A stretch of DNA of 64,000 nucleotides from Opitutia bacterium (GTDB taxonomy: Bacteria; Verrucomicrobiota; Verrucomicrobiia; Opitutales; T3Sed10-336), in the NCBI GenBank assembly GCA_050506795.1, contig JBJHCF010000021.1, positions 1 to 64,000 on the forward strand. The letters run 5' to 3'. Positions within the stretch are counted from its first letter, which is position 1. Each line of letters starts with the position of its first letter. This document shows, in pieces, positions 26,334 to 35,714 of the stretch. The translations under genes and the position numbers were made by a program. The notes beneath the pieces were generated by a model. It was not told where the DNA came from and made no database searches. It saw only the letters and a list, made by a program, of their open reading frames with translations.

Positions 26334-27311
26334 GTGAAACGGATTCCCTCAAAGACGCGACGTTTTAGGCGCCCGGCATGGGTTTTGGCGGCGTTGGCCG
26401 CGATAGGGGTCGCGTTGGCCGTCACGGGAGGGTGCCGTACGGTCGAGGAGGCGATTTATGATGTCGGGACGGTTGTCGTGCGAAGTGCGGCCGGATTTGG
26501 TGTCGGACGGGTGGAAACGGATACGCACGGCGAGCTGGCTTACTTTTACCGGGAGGGGGGCGGGCCGACGATCGTCCTGCTCCACGGGTTTGTGGCGCAG
26601 AAAGAAATGTGGCTGCAAATGGCGCGAAAGATACCGGAGGAATACGGCATTATGGCGATCGATCTTCCCGGCCACGGGAAAAGTGAACGGGTTTCCGGCG
26701 TCCGGTATCGTGCCGAGGATTTCGTCGATGCGATCGAGGATGCGCTCGACCGGCTGAACCTGGAGGACTTTCATCTGGCGGGCGCTTCGTTTGGGGGCAT
26801 GGTTGCCGTGCGCTACACCCTGCGGCATCCTGATCGGGTGGAGAGTCTCGCCCTGTTCAATCCGGCGTTGCTTCATCCGCCGGAGGCCAGTGACCTGGAG
26901 AAACGGATCGCCGAAGGCCGGAATCCAATCATGGTGACGGATCGAAGCGATTTCGACCGCCTGACGGAAATGCTCTTTTACGAGCCTCCTGTCATGCCGT
27001 GGCCGGTGGCGCGGGTGCTCTCCCGCCGTGCCGCCGACGACCTCGAACATCGCGAACGGATGTGGGTCGACGTTTGGGAGAATCGTGACGAATTTCGCGA
27101 AGAACTGGCGGATCTGACCGCGCCGGTTTTTCTTCTTTGGGGAAGGCACGACCGGTTCATCGATGTATCCGCCGCTGAAATCGTGCGGGACTACCTGGGA
27201 GATCGTCTCCACGAGTTTGTGATTCTGGAAGACGCCGGCCATTCCCCCATGCTGGAAAACCCGGAGGAGACCGCACGGCTGTACGCGGACTTTCTCGATT
27301 CGGTACGCTGA
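26334..27311 (+). CDS. Alpha/beta hydrolase (lipase/esterase-like), probable lipoprotein
   Basis: LLHGF, IDLPGHG, GASFGG, WGRHD, GHSPMLE; VTGGC lipobox-like sequence. Confidence 0.9.
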   Translation: MKRIPSKTRRFRRPAWVLAALAAIGVALAVTGGCRTVEEAIYDVGTVVVRSAAGFGVGRVETDTHGELAYFYREGGGPTIVLLHGFVAQKEMWLQMARKIPEEYGIMAIDLPGHGKSERVSGVRYRAEDFVDAIEDALDRLNLEDFHLAGASFGGMVAVRYTLRHPDRVESLALFNPALLHPPEASDLEKRIAEGRNPIMVTDRSDFDRLTEMLFYEPPVMPWPVARVLSRRAADDLEHRERMWVDVWENRDEFREELADLTAPVFLLWGRHDRFIDVSAAEIVRDYLGDRLHEFVILEDAGHSPMLENPEETARLYADFLDSVR

Positions 27312-27389
27312 AGAATCCGTGAGGAGCGCTGGTCGCAGGTGGTGAGTCGTCCTTGAACCAACGAGAAACCTTCTTAGAATATTGGTCTC

Positions 27390-28319
27390 ATGCCTGCGAT
27401 GAATCATCCTGTTATTTTATTTTTATTTGTGGCGCTCCTGGCGTTTCTCGTGGCTTGCGGGGATTTGGAGCCGAGCGCGGAGAGTTTTCCCGAGGGTTAC
27501 CATGAATCGTTCCGGGAGTGGGAGGAACACCGGATTGGTGTGCTCACCGATACCACCGGTTGGCTGCGCCTGGTGGATCGCATCTGGTTCGCGGAGGGTG
27601 AGAACACGTTCGGCAGTGGAGAGGACCACGATGTGCGTTTTCCGGAGGGTTCTATTCCGGAGAACGCGGGGACGTTCATCCTTCGCGATGGCGAGGTTTT
27701 TATGGAAGTGAATGACGGTGTGGAGGTCTTTCACGACGGCGAACCGGTAACGTCGTTGGCTATGCTGGTGGAAGACGGCGACGAGCGCATCCACGCGCAC
27801 CATGGCGATCTGACCTGGTTCATCGACCGCCAGGGGGATCAGCGCGGGGTCAAGATTTTCCGGGGCGATCGGCCCGAAGCCGATGACTTCGAAGGATTCC
27901 CGCGGTACGACTTGCGACCCGAGTGGTATTTGCAGGGCAGGTTTGTTCCGCGCTCGGAAGGTAACGCAATTGAGGTGGAGAATGTATTGGGGGAAACAGT
28001 ACGCCGGCGCTCACCCGGGAGAGTCGAGTTCGAGATCGCGGGCGAGCGCCACACCCTGGACGTCTTCGAAGCATCGAACGGTTTTTTTCTCATGTTTGCC
28101 GACTTGACCAACGACACGGAAACGTATCAGGCCGGTCGCTACCTGATGGTCGATCCTCCCGATGCCGACGGTGTCGTCACCATCGACTTCAATAAAGCCT
28201 ACAACCCGCCCTGCGCTTTCAGTCGATTCACCACCTGCCAACTTCCGCCTCCGCAGAACCGGCTCGATGTTGCGGTCACCGCGGGCGAGAAACGACCGGT
28301 CGGATTCGAAGGCATCTGA
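27390..28319 (+). CDS. DUF1684-family lipoprotein
   Basis: LVAC lipobox; GWLRLV, FADLTN.ETYQAGRYL, IDFNKAYNPPCAFSRFTTCQLPPPQNRL..GEK. Confidence 0.9.
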   Translation: MPAMNHPVILFLFVALLAFLVACGDLEPSAESFPEGYHESFREWEEHRIGVLTDTTGWLRLVDRIWFAEGENTFGSGEDHDVRFPEGSIPENAGTFILRDGEVFMEVNDGVEVFHDGEPVTSLAMLVEDGDERIHAHHGDLTWFIDRQGDQRGVKIFRGDRPEADDFEGFPRYDLRPEWYLQGRFVPRSEGNAIEVENVLGETVRRRSPGRVEFEIAGERHTLDVFEASNGFFLMFADLTNDTETYQAGRYLMVDPPDADGVVTIDFNKAYNPPCAFSRFTTCQLPPPQNRLDVAVTAGEKRPVGFEGI

Positions 28320-28337
28320 TTTGTTGAGAAAATCGCG

Positions 28338-28484
28338 ATCGAGATTGCGATTCTTCTTCCTGGAGGGCGGCGCTTCGCGCCGCCGGTGCGGGCAAGATGC
28401 CCGCGCTCCCAAGCCGGCGGCCATGCGGAAGCCTGGCCCTCCAGGGGAACGGCCGATGCGATTGGCTTGAGCCTAAGTCTGCTT
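28338..28484 (+). repeat. Composite palindromic element, copy 3
   Basis: TGGAGGGCGGCGCTTCGCGCCGCC..GCGGGCAAGATGCCCGC..CCATGCGGAAGCCTGGCCCTCCA..GATGCGATTGG..GCCTAAG. Confidence 0.9.
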
Positions 28485-28525
28485 TTGTTATGTTGTTAAC
28501 GAAGCCTTTAATACAGCGGAGATTG

Positions 28526-28626
28526 GGCTCACATGGAGGTACGCCCTCGACGAGCTCAGGCCGGTGGGAGACACGGAGGGTGCAATCGGACCCGCCTCCG
28601 TGAGCTCTGTGGCTCCGTGTGAGACC
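28526..28626. repeat. CACGGAG/CTCCGTG inverted repeat hairpin with an embedded REP-like motif
   Basis: CTCACATGGAG..CACGGAGG pairs with CCTCCGTG..CTCTGTG..CTCCGTGTGAG; CCCTCGACGAGCTCAGG sits in the left arm. Confidence 0.7.
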
Positions 28627-28735
28627 TTTTCCGGTTCAGCAAGCCTTCAGAATCGGGTGTGGTTTTAGGTAAACCTGCCACAATAGGACTAAACGGCTTA
28701 GATAAAGGGCCTTACCGTGCCATTCGAGGTTTCTG

Positions 28736-29812
28736 TCAGCTTTCCGGCGGGGAGGGGCGTTTTTCACGTCCGAGGCGGGCGACGGTGGCGGTGATGGCGA
28801 AACCGATGACAACCAGGCCCGCCGAGCCGGCGGCCTGGCTTGGTGTGGGTCGGAAAAACTCTCGGGGGTAATCCTTCGGCTCCACCGGCGCGCCGGTTTG
28901 GTCGTAGACCAGCAGGCCTTCCGCTTCGATGATGGTTTGCCCTTTAAGCATGGCGCCGACTTCGGGTTCCATTCCGTGCTGAAACGGCCACAGGCCGGCC
29001 ACGGCTCCGAGGAGGAGGCCCAGGAGCAGGCCAAGCGTCGGGCCGGGGAAGCGGTGGAGGACGTACTTGACCAGGTTGGAGACGCCCGCGATGCCGGCCA
29101 CCACGCCGAGGCCGACGGGAAGGGCGATTTGCCAGGCGGGCGGGAATCCCAGCGCGAAATCCAGTGTGCGGGCGGCGGTGACGAGTTGTTCGATTCCTTC
29201 CAGGATGGTGACGTACACTCCGAGCAGCAGCAAGAGGTAGCCCCCGCTGATTCCCGGCAGCACCATGGCGCTGGCGGCGGCGACTCCGGCCAGGAACAAC
29301 AGGAGGAAGCCGTCGTTGGCGCCGCCGGTTCCGGCTCCCTGGATTTGCAGGACGGCCATGGCGATCATAAAGAGGAGTCCAACGGCCGAACCCAGCCAGA
29401 ATGATGCGGGTTTGCCCGCGGCCATTCGCCAGATCAGGGGCACTCCGCCCAGGGTGAGCCCGATGAATAAACTGTACATGGCCCAGGTGTGATCGATGAC
29501 CAAACGGCTGATGAGCCCCGCAAAGGGACCAATCACCGCAACCGCGGCCACCAGGATCGTTCCCAGGAGAATGATTGCGTTACGACTGAAACGCAGGCGC
29601 GTGAGATCCGCGACCGCCTGAACGAATTGCGGGAAGACCCCGGCCGCCAGCAGCATGGTCCCCCCGCTGATGCCCGGCACCAGGTTGGCCATTCCCATCA
29701 GAGCCCCTCCCAGTCCCGCCCTCGCCAGCTGGCCGGGCGGGGGAAGGGCGCGTTTCGAATGATATTGCGTGGTGTCCGCTGCCTGAACGTTGGAAGGATG
29801 GTTGTCTGCCAT
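28736..29812 (-). CDS. DUF368-family membrane protein
   Basis: GALMGMANLVPGISGGTM, SAMVLPGISGGYLLLLLG, LWPF. Confidence 0.92.
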   Translation of the reverse strand: MADNHPSNVQAADTTQYHSKRALPPPGQLARAGLGGALMGMANLVPGISGGTMLLAAGVFPQFVQAVADLTRLRFSRNAIILLGTILVAAVAVIGPFAGLISRLVIDHTWAMYSLFIGLTLGGVPLIWRMAAGKPASFWLGSAVGLLFMIAMAVLQIQGAGTGGANDGFLLLFLAGVAAASAMVLPGISGGYLLLLLGVYVTILEGIEQLVTAARTLDFALGFPPAWQIALPVGLGVVAGIAGVSNLVKYVLHRFPGPTLGLLLGLLLGAVAGLWPFQHGMEPEVGAMLKGQTIIEAEGLLVYDQTGAPVEPKDYPREFFRPTPSQAAGSAGLVVIGFAITATVARLGREKRPSPPES

Positions 29813-29880
29813 GGTGCCTGAGCGCTTCCGGCAGAAAGAGGGTTTTCCCCCGGTTCGTCAAGCCGTGGGCATTTGTTGGT

Positions 29881-30378
29881 CTAACCCTGGTCCGCGGCGA
29901 GTTGCACCACCAGCCCGTCAGGATCGGGGAAATAGATACGGTTGCCGGTGACCCGCGGAGTGAGTCCGGCGGATCGCAACTTTTCCTCCGCGACCTGAAC
30001 GTTGTAGTCCTTGATTGAGTAGCAGTAGTGGTCCATGGCCGGTTCATCGCCACGAAAAAGGGCGAGGAAACCGCGGTCGAACGAGAGAAAACAACTGCTT
30101 TCGCTTTCGCGAGTCACCGTCATGTCCAGCATGTCGCGATAGAAATCGCGCGAACGCGGAACATCGGTGACCCGAAGGGCGATGTGATCGAGCGCGGTGG
30201 CCTGAAACGGCGGGAAATCGTCGTTATTGTCGCCGCCGTCATTTTCGGTTTCGTCGGCGAACGCGGTTCGAATTCCCGTTGCCGAGGCGGTAAGGGCGAG
30301 GAGACCGGCGAGCATTTGCCGTCGGTTGATCCGGCCCTGGGTGAAGAGATCGATGAGGCGGTTGATTTCCTTTTCCAT
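29881..30378 (-). CDS. VOC/glyoxalase-family protein with Tat signal
   Basis: INRRQMLAGL; LDHIALRVTDVPRSRDFY, DHYCY, YFPDPDG. Confidence 0.85.
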   Translation of the reverse strand: MEKEINRLIDLFTQGRINRRQMLAGLLALTASATGIRTAFADETENDGGDNNDDFPPFQATALDHIALRVTDVPRSRDFYRDMLDMTVTRESESSCFLSFDRGFLALFRGDEPAMDHYCYSIKDYNVQVAEEKLRSAGLTPRVTGNRIYFPDPDGLVVQLAADQG

Positions 30379-30783
30379 GTCCAGGTCCTTTCGTTCGGGT
30401 TTTCGTAGGATTTTAAAGGGGTTGCGTGTGTTTATTCTGCCTTTTTCCCCGGATTTTGCAACGGCGGATGGGAAGCGGGTGCCTGCGGGCACAAAAATCG
30501 ACGCATCGAAAAGGATGCTGATCTATACAGGAGTTTCCTAATTAAGAACGATTTGGACGAAAAATGAAAAAGACGATTTCAGAGAAAATACTGTTATTTA
30601 ATAAAAAAAGGAACATAACGCCGAACCTTCGAGTCAATACCCAGCGTAACGAGTGAACGTTTTGAACGTTTCAAAATGATCTTCACCCGAAACACTCAGG
30701 CTCATCCAACCGCACATGACGTGCGGAACGAACAAACCAACCTGAGCCAACAACTGAAAACCAAGAACCAGGAACCAAGTATT

Positions 30784-31272
30784 ATGAAAACCAAACTGCT
30801 CACAGCCATCATCATCGGACTCTCCGCTCCCTTTGCCTTCGCGAATTACGGGGAAAGCGAAAAAACCGAGAAAAACATTGTTGAAATCCTGGTCGCTCCG
30901 CCGACCTTCCAAACCCTGACTGCGGCCGTTGAGGCTGCTGGTCTGCTGGACACCTTGGTTGGCGAGGGCCCCTTCACGGTGTTTGCTCCCACCGACGAAG
31001 CTTTTGCCGCTTTGCCCGAAGGAACGGTGGAGGAGTTGCTCAAGCCCGAGAACCGCGACACCTTGGTGTCGATTCTCACCTACCATGTGGTGGCCGGTAA
31101 GGTGACCTCGGCCGACGTGGCTCCAGGGGACGTGCAGACCGTTAACGGAGCCTCGGCGCGAATTTCGGTGGAAAACGGTCATGTGGCGATCGATAATGCG
31201 AGGATCATCGCTACGGATCTTGCGGGCGTGAACGGCGTGATTCACGTGATTGATGCAGTGATCCTGCCCTGA
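30784..31272 (+). CDS. Fasciclin-domain protein
   Basis: Signal peptide; FQTLTAAVEAAGL, GPFTVFAPTDEAF, ILTYHVV, NGVIHVIDAVILP. Confidence 0.95.
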   Translation: MKTKLLTAIIIGLSAPFAFANYGESEKTEKNIVEILVAPPTFQTLTAAVEAAGLLDTLVGEGPFTVFAPTDEAFAALPEGTVEELLKPENRDTLVSILTYHVVAGKVTSADVAPGDVQTVNGASARISVENGHVAIDNARIIATDLAGVNGVIHVIDAVILP

Positions 31273-31304
31273 CGTTGGGGGGTGCGTTTGACACTGAGGA
31301 ATAC

Positions 31305-31340
31305 AAGGCCTCCGCTGGCGATTGTCGGCGGAGGTCTTTT
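31305..31340. terminator. Intrinsic terminator between convergent genes
   Basis: AAGGCCTCCGCTGGC..GTCGGCGGAGGTCTTTT hairpin followed by a T run. Confidence 0.75.
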
Positions 31341-31344
31341 CTGT

Positions 31345-32337
31345 TCAAAGGCCCAACGGCAGTTCCAGTTGATTGTTGGAGATCAGCGACCAGGCTTCCT
31401 GTCCGCGCGATCTCAGATCCCGGGCGAACTCTTCGGCGTACCCGTGCAGGGTGTAGACGACGCGAGGGGACACCTGCTCGACGTAGCGGATTAGATCGTC
31501 GTAGTCCGCGTGGTCGGATAGGGGAAACACCGTGTCGCATTTCAACCGGAAACGGGCCGATGGATCCAGACCCCAGCCCGTGACAGCGGCGCGTCGGATC
31601 TCTTTCACCCGTTGGAGCGCTTTGGGAGGATTGGCGGTGGGAGGGGTGATCAGGATCTTGCCTTCGAGGGTGGGCTCCGTGAGCGTGGAAAAATCAGCCA
31701 AATCGAATCCGTAATCCCGATAAACTTCCACCACGCGCGCGATGGCCTCATGGGCCACGATGGGAAATCCCGTGCCCTTCAGTGCCGCCAGTACCTCCTG
31801 GGCTTTCCCTAACGAATAAGCCAGGAGAACCGGTACCGCACCGTTCGAAAGGGCTTCGCGACAGAAGGCCACGATGTTTTCAGTCACTTCTTCGGTCGGT
31901 GGGAAACGATAACGGGCCAATCCGTAGGTCGTTTCCATGATCAGCACGTCGGCCGATCGGATGGCCGGCGCCTCGCAGGAGAGGCCGGGACGGAGCTTGA
32001 AATCGCCGGTGTACACCAGACGGCCGGAGTCCGTGGTGACGCGAATCTGGGCCGATCCCAGGACGTGGCCGGCGGGAAAAAGTTCGAGTCGCCCGCCCGG
32101 AAGCGATGTTTCCACGGAAAACGGAATCGAGGTTTCCTGGCGTTGTTTTAGACCGCGAGCACGCATCAAATCCAGCGTTGCCGGGGTGGCGAGGACCCGC
32201 TGGTGCCGGCAGGCGTGGTCCGCGTGGGCGTGCGAGACATAGGCCAATGGTGACCGGCGGCTCGGATCCAGCCAGAGGTCCATCTCGGGTAAAAAAATCC
32301 CCTGACGGTATTCGAATGGAAACGGTTTGCTGCCCAT
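31345..32337 (-). CDS. MBL-fold / beta-CASP exonuclease (ligase-associated DNA-damage-response type)
   Basis: SHAHADH, PAGHVLGSAQ, YTGDFK, METTYG, YSLGKAQ, LSDHADY, LHG; C-terminal QLELPL. Confidence 0.88.
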   Translation of the reverse strand: MGSKPFPFEYRQGIFLPEMDLWLDPSRRSPLAYVSHAHADHACRHQRVLATPATLDLMRARGLKQRQETSIPFSVETSLPGGRLELFPAGHVLGSAQIRVTTDSGRLVYTGDFKLRPGLSCEAPAIRSADVLIMETTYGLARYRFPPTEEVTENIVAFCREALSNGAVPVLLAYSLGKAQEVLAALKGTGFPIVAHEAIARVVEVYRDYGFDLADFSTLTEPTLEGKILITPPTANPPKALQRVKEIRRAAVTGWGLDPSARFRLKCDTVFPLSDHADYDDLIRYVEQVSPRVVYTLHGYAEEFARDLRSRGQEAWSLISNNQLELPLGL

Positions 32338-32423
32338 GTCGGTACGAATAGTGTTTCGCCTTTTCGAGAGTCGCAATACCTGCGGTTCCGGCAGGCGATA
32401 ATCGGGTGGCGGTGTTGACACCA

Positions 32424-32609
32424 TAACCAAGTCGCATCGGCAATTTCTCTGGAGGGCCATGCCCCCGCATGGCCGCGCGGGCCTCTTGTGATCTCTCAGG
32501 CACGAAACCCTGTGTCAGCCCGCTGCCGGGCTAGGATCGCGGGCCTCTTGCCCGCACCGGCCGCGCGGGAACGCCGTCCTCCAAGAAGCGAAATCGCGAT
32601 ATCCTCGAT
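32424..32609 (-). repeat. Composite palindromic element, copy 4 (inverted), carrying a 49-nt insert between 13-bp direct repeats
   Basis: Reverse complement matches copies 1-3; CGCGGGCCTCTTG at 32476-32488 and 32538-32550. Confidence 0.85.
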
Positions 32610-32655
32610 TCTGCTTAATGAATCGATGAGTCGCCTTGACCGAGTTCCATTCTGC

Positions 32656-33828
32656 TCAGTCGTCGGACGACTCTTCCGAAAGGGGGTCCTCCTCAGGCTC
32701 CAGCAGGTCGTCCAGGGTTTCCGGGAGCGCGTCGTGGATGCGATCAGGGAACCGGAGCGCCACTTCCCGCGAAATGCGAGCCCAGGGAAAGGATGGGTCG
32801 TCGCTTTGGTACACGATAAAGACCGGTCCGGGCTCCGTATCGATGCCAGCGGTGGTGTCGTCGTTGTTCGAATTGTTCTCGATTGTCGGGAGTTCCACGA
32901 TATTGCCGTCCTGATCGAAAATGATGGAGGCTTCCACCCGTGTCGGAGTGGTCTCGGCGGGTTGCTCCCGGGCGGTTTCATCCGCGGATGGGGCAGGGCG
33001 ACGGCCGATTTCAAGGGTGTAGCTTACTCCGTCGAACTGTTGCAGGGTCACTTTCCGGGAATGCTCGCGGGCCGTTTCCACGTCTGGATCCGATGGGTCG
33101 CTCAGTTCGGTGAACCGGGCGTTGAGCAAGGTGCTGAGCAGTCGGTTCACCTCGGAGGTCTTCACGTCCCGGCGGTTGTTTTCGTTTTCGCCCGCGACCG
33201 CGAACGTGCCGCCGGAGGCGTCCCGTTCCAGGACCAGTGGAAGGTCGCGTCCGGGAAAGTGCAGGGTAACGGATGCGACCTCCTGGCTGGAAAAGTCGAG
33301 CGGTCTTTTGACCACCCAGTTATCGGTGCGGGTGTCCGGGTGAATGGGGGTTTTTGTCAGGTGCGCGGCTTCGGCGCCGGCAAACCGGAAAAATGTTCCG
33401 CCCGAAGGCCCGGGTCCGCCTAACTCTACTTCCCAGAGCGTTTCGTTGGAGGTGCCAAGCAGCACCAGGTGGAAGCGTCCGAGTTCCAGTCGGGCCAGAC
33501 GCTCCGGGTTGGAGGTGACCTGTCGATCTATTCCCGCGTCGAGCAGGGAGCGTGTGAAGCGGCCGAGCTTTTCGAAATCGGCGGGCATTCCGTGATGCTT
33601 CGGCAGAACCCACCGGTCCCGCTCGTTCTTTGCCAGGATCACTTGCTCACCGTTGCTGCCGGAAAGCTCGATTCGCTGCGCCTGCTCCAGGACGTCCGGT
33701 TTTAGAAAGAGGCCGCCGGCGGGAAGGTCGCGGGCATTCGCCTGACCCGTTCCCGGGGATAACCAGTACGCCAGGCTGGCGCCGGCGCCGAGTACGAGTA
33801 CGAGGATCAGCAAGGGTTTCAGTTTCAT
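32656..33828 (-). CDS. DUF4340-domain protein
   Basis: N-terminal TM; WVL..PAD..VTSNPERLARLEL; last gene of a GldA/F/G-like operon. Confidence 0.75.
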   Translation of the reverse strand: MKLKPLLILVLVLGAGASLAYWLSPGTGQANARDLPAGGLFLKPDVLEQAQRIELSGSNGEQVILAKNERDRWVLPKHHGMPADFEKLGRFTRSLLDAGIDRQVTSNPERLARLELGRFHLVLLGTSNETLWEVELGGPGPSGGTFFRFAGAEAAHLTKTPIHPDTRTDNWVVKRPLDFSSQEVASVTLHFPGRDLPLVLERDASGGTFAVAGENENNRRDVKTSEVNRLLSTLLNARFTELSDPSDPDVETAREHSRKVTLQQFDGVSYTLEIGRRPAPSADETAREQPAETTPTRVEASIIFDQDGNIVELPTIENNSNNDDTTAGIDTEPGPVFIVYQSDDPSFPWARISREVALRFPDRIHDALPETLDDLLEPEEDPLSEESSDD

Positions 33829-33835
33829 GGGTCGC

Positions 33836-35695
33836 TTATTTCTTCTGACGTTGGGTGCGCACGACAAAAAAGGCGAGACCGCCGATTACGGTGAGGAGGG
33901 GCATGGTGACGAGGTTGAACGCCGTCAGACCCAGTTTTAACCTTTCCACATCCTCGCGCAGTTTGCGCCGAATGTCGCGGCGCTCAGCCCGCATGCCGGC
34001 CTCCTGGATGCGAAATTCCTCGATGGTCTCCCGGATCTCCGGCGACGCCACCAAGCGCCCCTCCTCCCGCTGCCGGGTTTGCAGTTCGTTCAGGTTGCGC
34101 TGGATTTCCTGCAGCCGGTTTTCCAGGGCGGCCAGTTGTTCCTGGTATCGCTCTTCCGCCGCGGCCTCCAGGCGGCGGACCCGATCAAACGGACGTTGGG
34201 AGGCGCCCTTGCCCCGGATGGAAATGAGGTCGTCGCTGCCCGCGAGGAATTCGAGGACGTTGCTGGTGAAGGCCAGGTTATCGTTGATCGGTGTCACCGC
34301 CTGCATGCCGAGGAAATTAACCCGACGGACGGAAAAATCGTCCGCCAGGAAATCGGTATCGGCCGCGAGGACGAGGGTGCCGCGCCCCGAGGAGCGAAAG
34401 GTGTCGTCGGGTGAGGCCGCCGGGCTTTCGTCGTCGTCATCGCTCGCGGGCCGGCCATCGGGATACGCCGACCGGAATGTGCCGCGTACCAGTCCGGCGA
34501 TGACCCTGCTTTGTCCGTCCGGCGTGAGTTGCCGGGCCACCTGTTCCGGATCGGGAAAATCGAGCAGTCCGCGGAACAGCGTCCCGCTTTCCTCGGAGGT
34601 GGTGATAAGGGGAGTTTTTTCCAGGTCCCCGTTGGCCGCGATTGTGAAATAACCAGGTTCCGGAAGAAGCACTCGGTCGAGTTGCGCGGTGGGGGGAGAT
34701 TCGCGGTTGAAGCGATCGAGTTCCAGCCAAACCGGGTAGCGAACCGTTCCGCCCTGGCCGGTGCCGACCACAGCCGCGTAGCGGGTGTCTCCGACGACGT
34801 GTTGCGGGGAGTACTGTATTCCCCAGGCCTCGAAGAGGCGAGGCAGGTCGCTGTGTGTCGGCTCCTGCTGTCCCATCATCATTTGTTGCGGATTGGCCTG
34901 GCTCTTCTGGACGAAGGAAGAGGGATCCACGGCCACAAAGAGGGGGCGCCCCGAAAGCAAAAACTGGTCGATCTCGTATTGTATTTCCTCGGACAGATTC
35001 CTCGGGTGAATCACCGCCAACACATCCAGATTCTCCGGGAGCCGGTCGCCGCGAACCTGCTCGATGTCGAAGTGTTGCCGCAGTTCCTGCACGAAAACCC
35101 AGTCCTGGGATTGTTGCGGCAATCCCATGCCGGGCGGCAACTGGGTTCCCACGACCGGAAGCGAAGACAGGATTCCCAGCCGTGGACGATCCAGCAGGCG
35201 GACCCGGTGGATCAGGCGGGAAATGTCGTATTCCAACATGTCCTCCCGTTGACGGGTGAACATTTCGATGACCTCCTCCTGGTCGGCCTGGATGGCGCGG
35301 AGACCGAAAAAAAGCGTTTCTCCGTTGGGCAGGGGACGGCCAGCTATTCCGGCCCGAATGGCTTGTTCCTCTTCCGGAGTGTCGGGACGCGGATTGACGA
35401 CCCGAAGACGCAGGTTGCCGCGAGCGGCATTCTCGTACTGACGAAGGAGGGCTTCCACCCGGCCCGCGTAGTTCTTGAACTGGATGGGAAGTCCTTCCAA
35501 CGACCGGCTGAAGTGGAACTCCAGGGTCACCGGCTCGTCGAGTTGGGTCAGCATGGCGCGGCTGCCGGGGGAAAGGGTGTAAAGTTTGTCCGCGGTCAGG
35601 TCGACCTGCCAGGGCAGCAGGGAGGCGATGACGTTAACCAGGATCAGGCCGGCTACCAGCAGTAGAAAGGCGGTCCATTTGCGCGCGTGTTTCAT
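33836..35695 (-). CDS. GldG-family ABC auxiliary component
   Basis: DLTADKLYTLSPGS, LEYDISRLI, YEIDQFLL, DDLISIRGK. Confidence 0.88.
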   Translation of the reverse strand: MKHARKWTAFLLLVAGLILVNVIASLLPWQVDLTADKLYTLSPGSRAMLTQLDEPVTLEFHFSRSLEGLPIQFKNYAGRVEALLRQYENAARGNLRLRVVNPRPDTPEEEQAIRAGIAGRPLPNGETLFFGLRAIQADQEEVIEMFTRQREDMLEYDISRLIHRVRLLDRPRLGILSSLPVVGTQLPPGMGLPQQSQDWVFVQELRQHFDIEQVRGDRLPENLDVLAVIHPRNLSEEIQYEIDQFLLSGRPLFVAVDPSSFVQKSQANPQQMMMGQQEPTHSDLPRLFEAWGIQYSPQHVVGDTRYAAVVGTGQGGTVRYPVWLELDRFNRESPPTAQLDRVLLPEPGYFTIAANGDLEKTPLITTSEESGTLFRGLLDFPDPEQVARQLTPDGQSRVIAGLVRGTFRSAYPDGRPASDDDDESPAASPDDTFRSSGRGTLVLAADTDFLADDFSVRRVNFLGMQAVTPINDNLAFTSNVLEFLAGSDDLISIRGKGASQRPFDRVRRLEAAAEERYQEQLAALENRLQEIQRNLNELQTRQREEGRLVASPEIRETIEEFRIQEAGMRAERRDIRRKLREDVERLKLGLTAFNLVTMPLLTVIGGLAFFVVRTQRQKK

Positions 35696-35714
35696 GGTGT
35701 CACGTTGTTCCGGA

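Noticed and set aside
3782..32609. CRISPR array
   Set aside because: Repeats are dispersed single elements, not regularly spaced repeat-spacer units; no cas genes.
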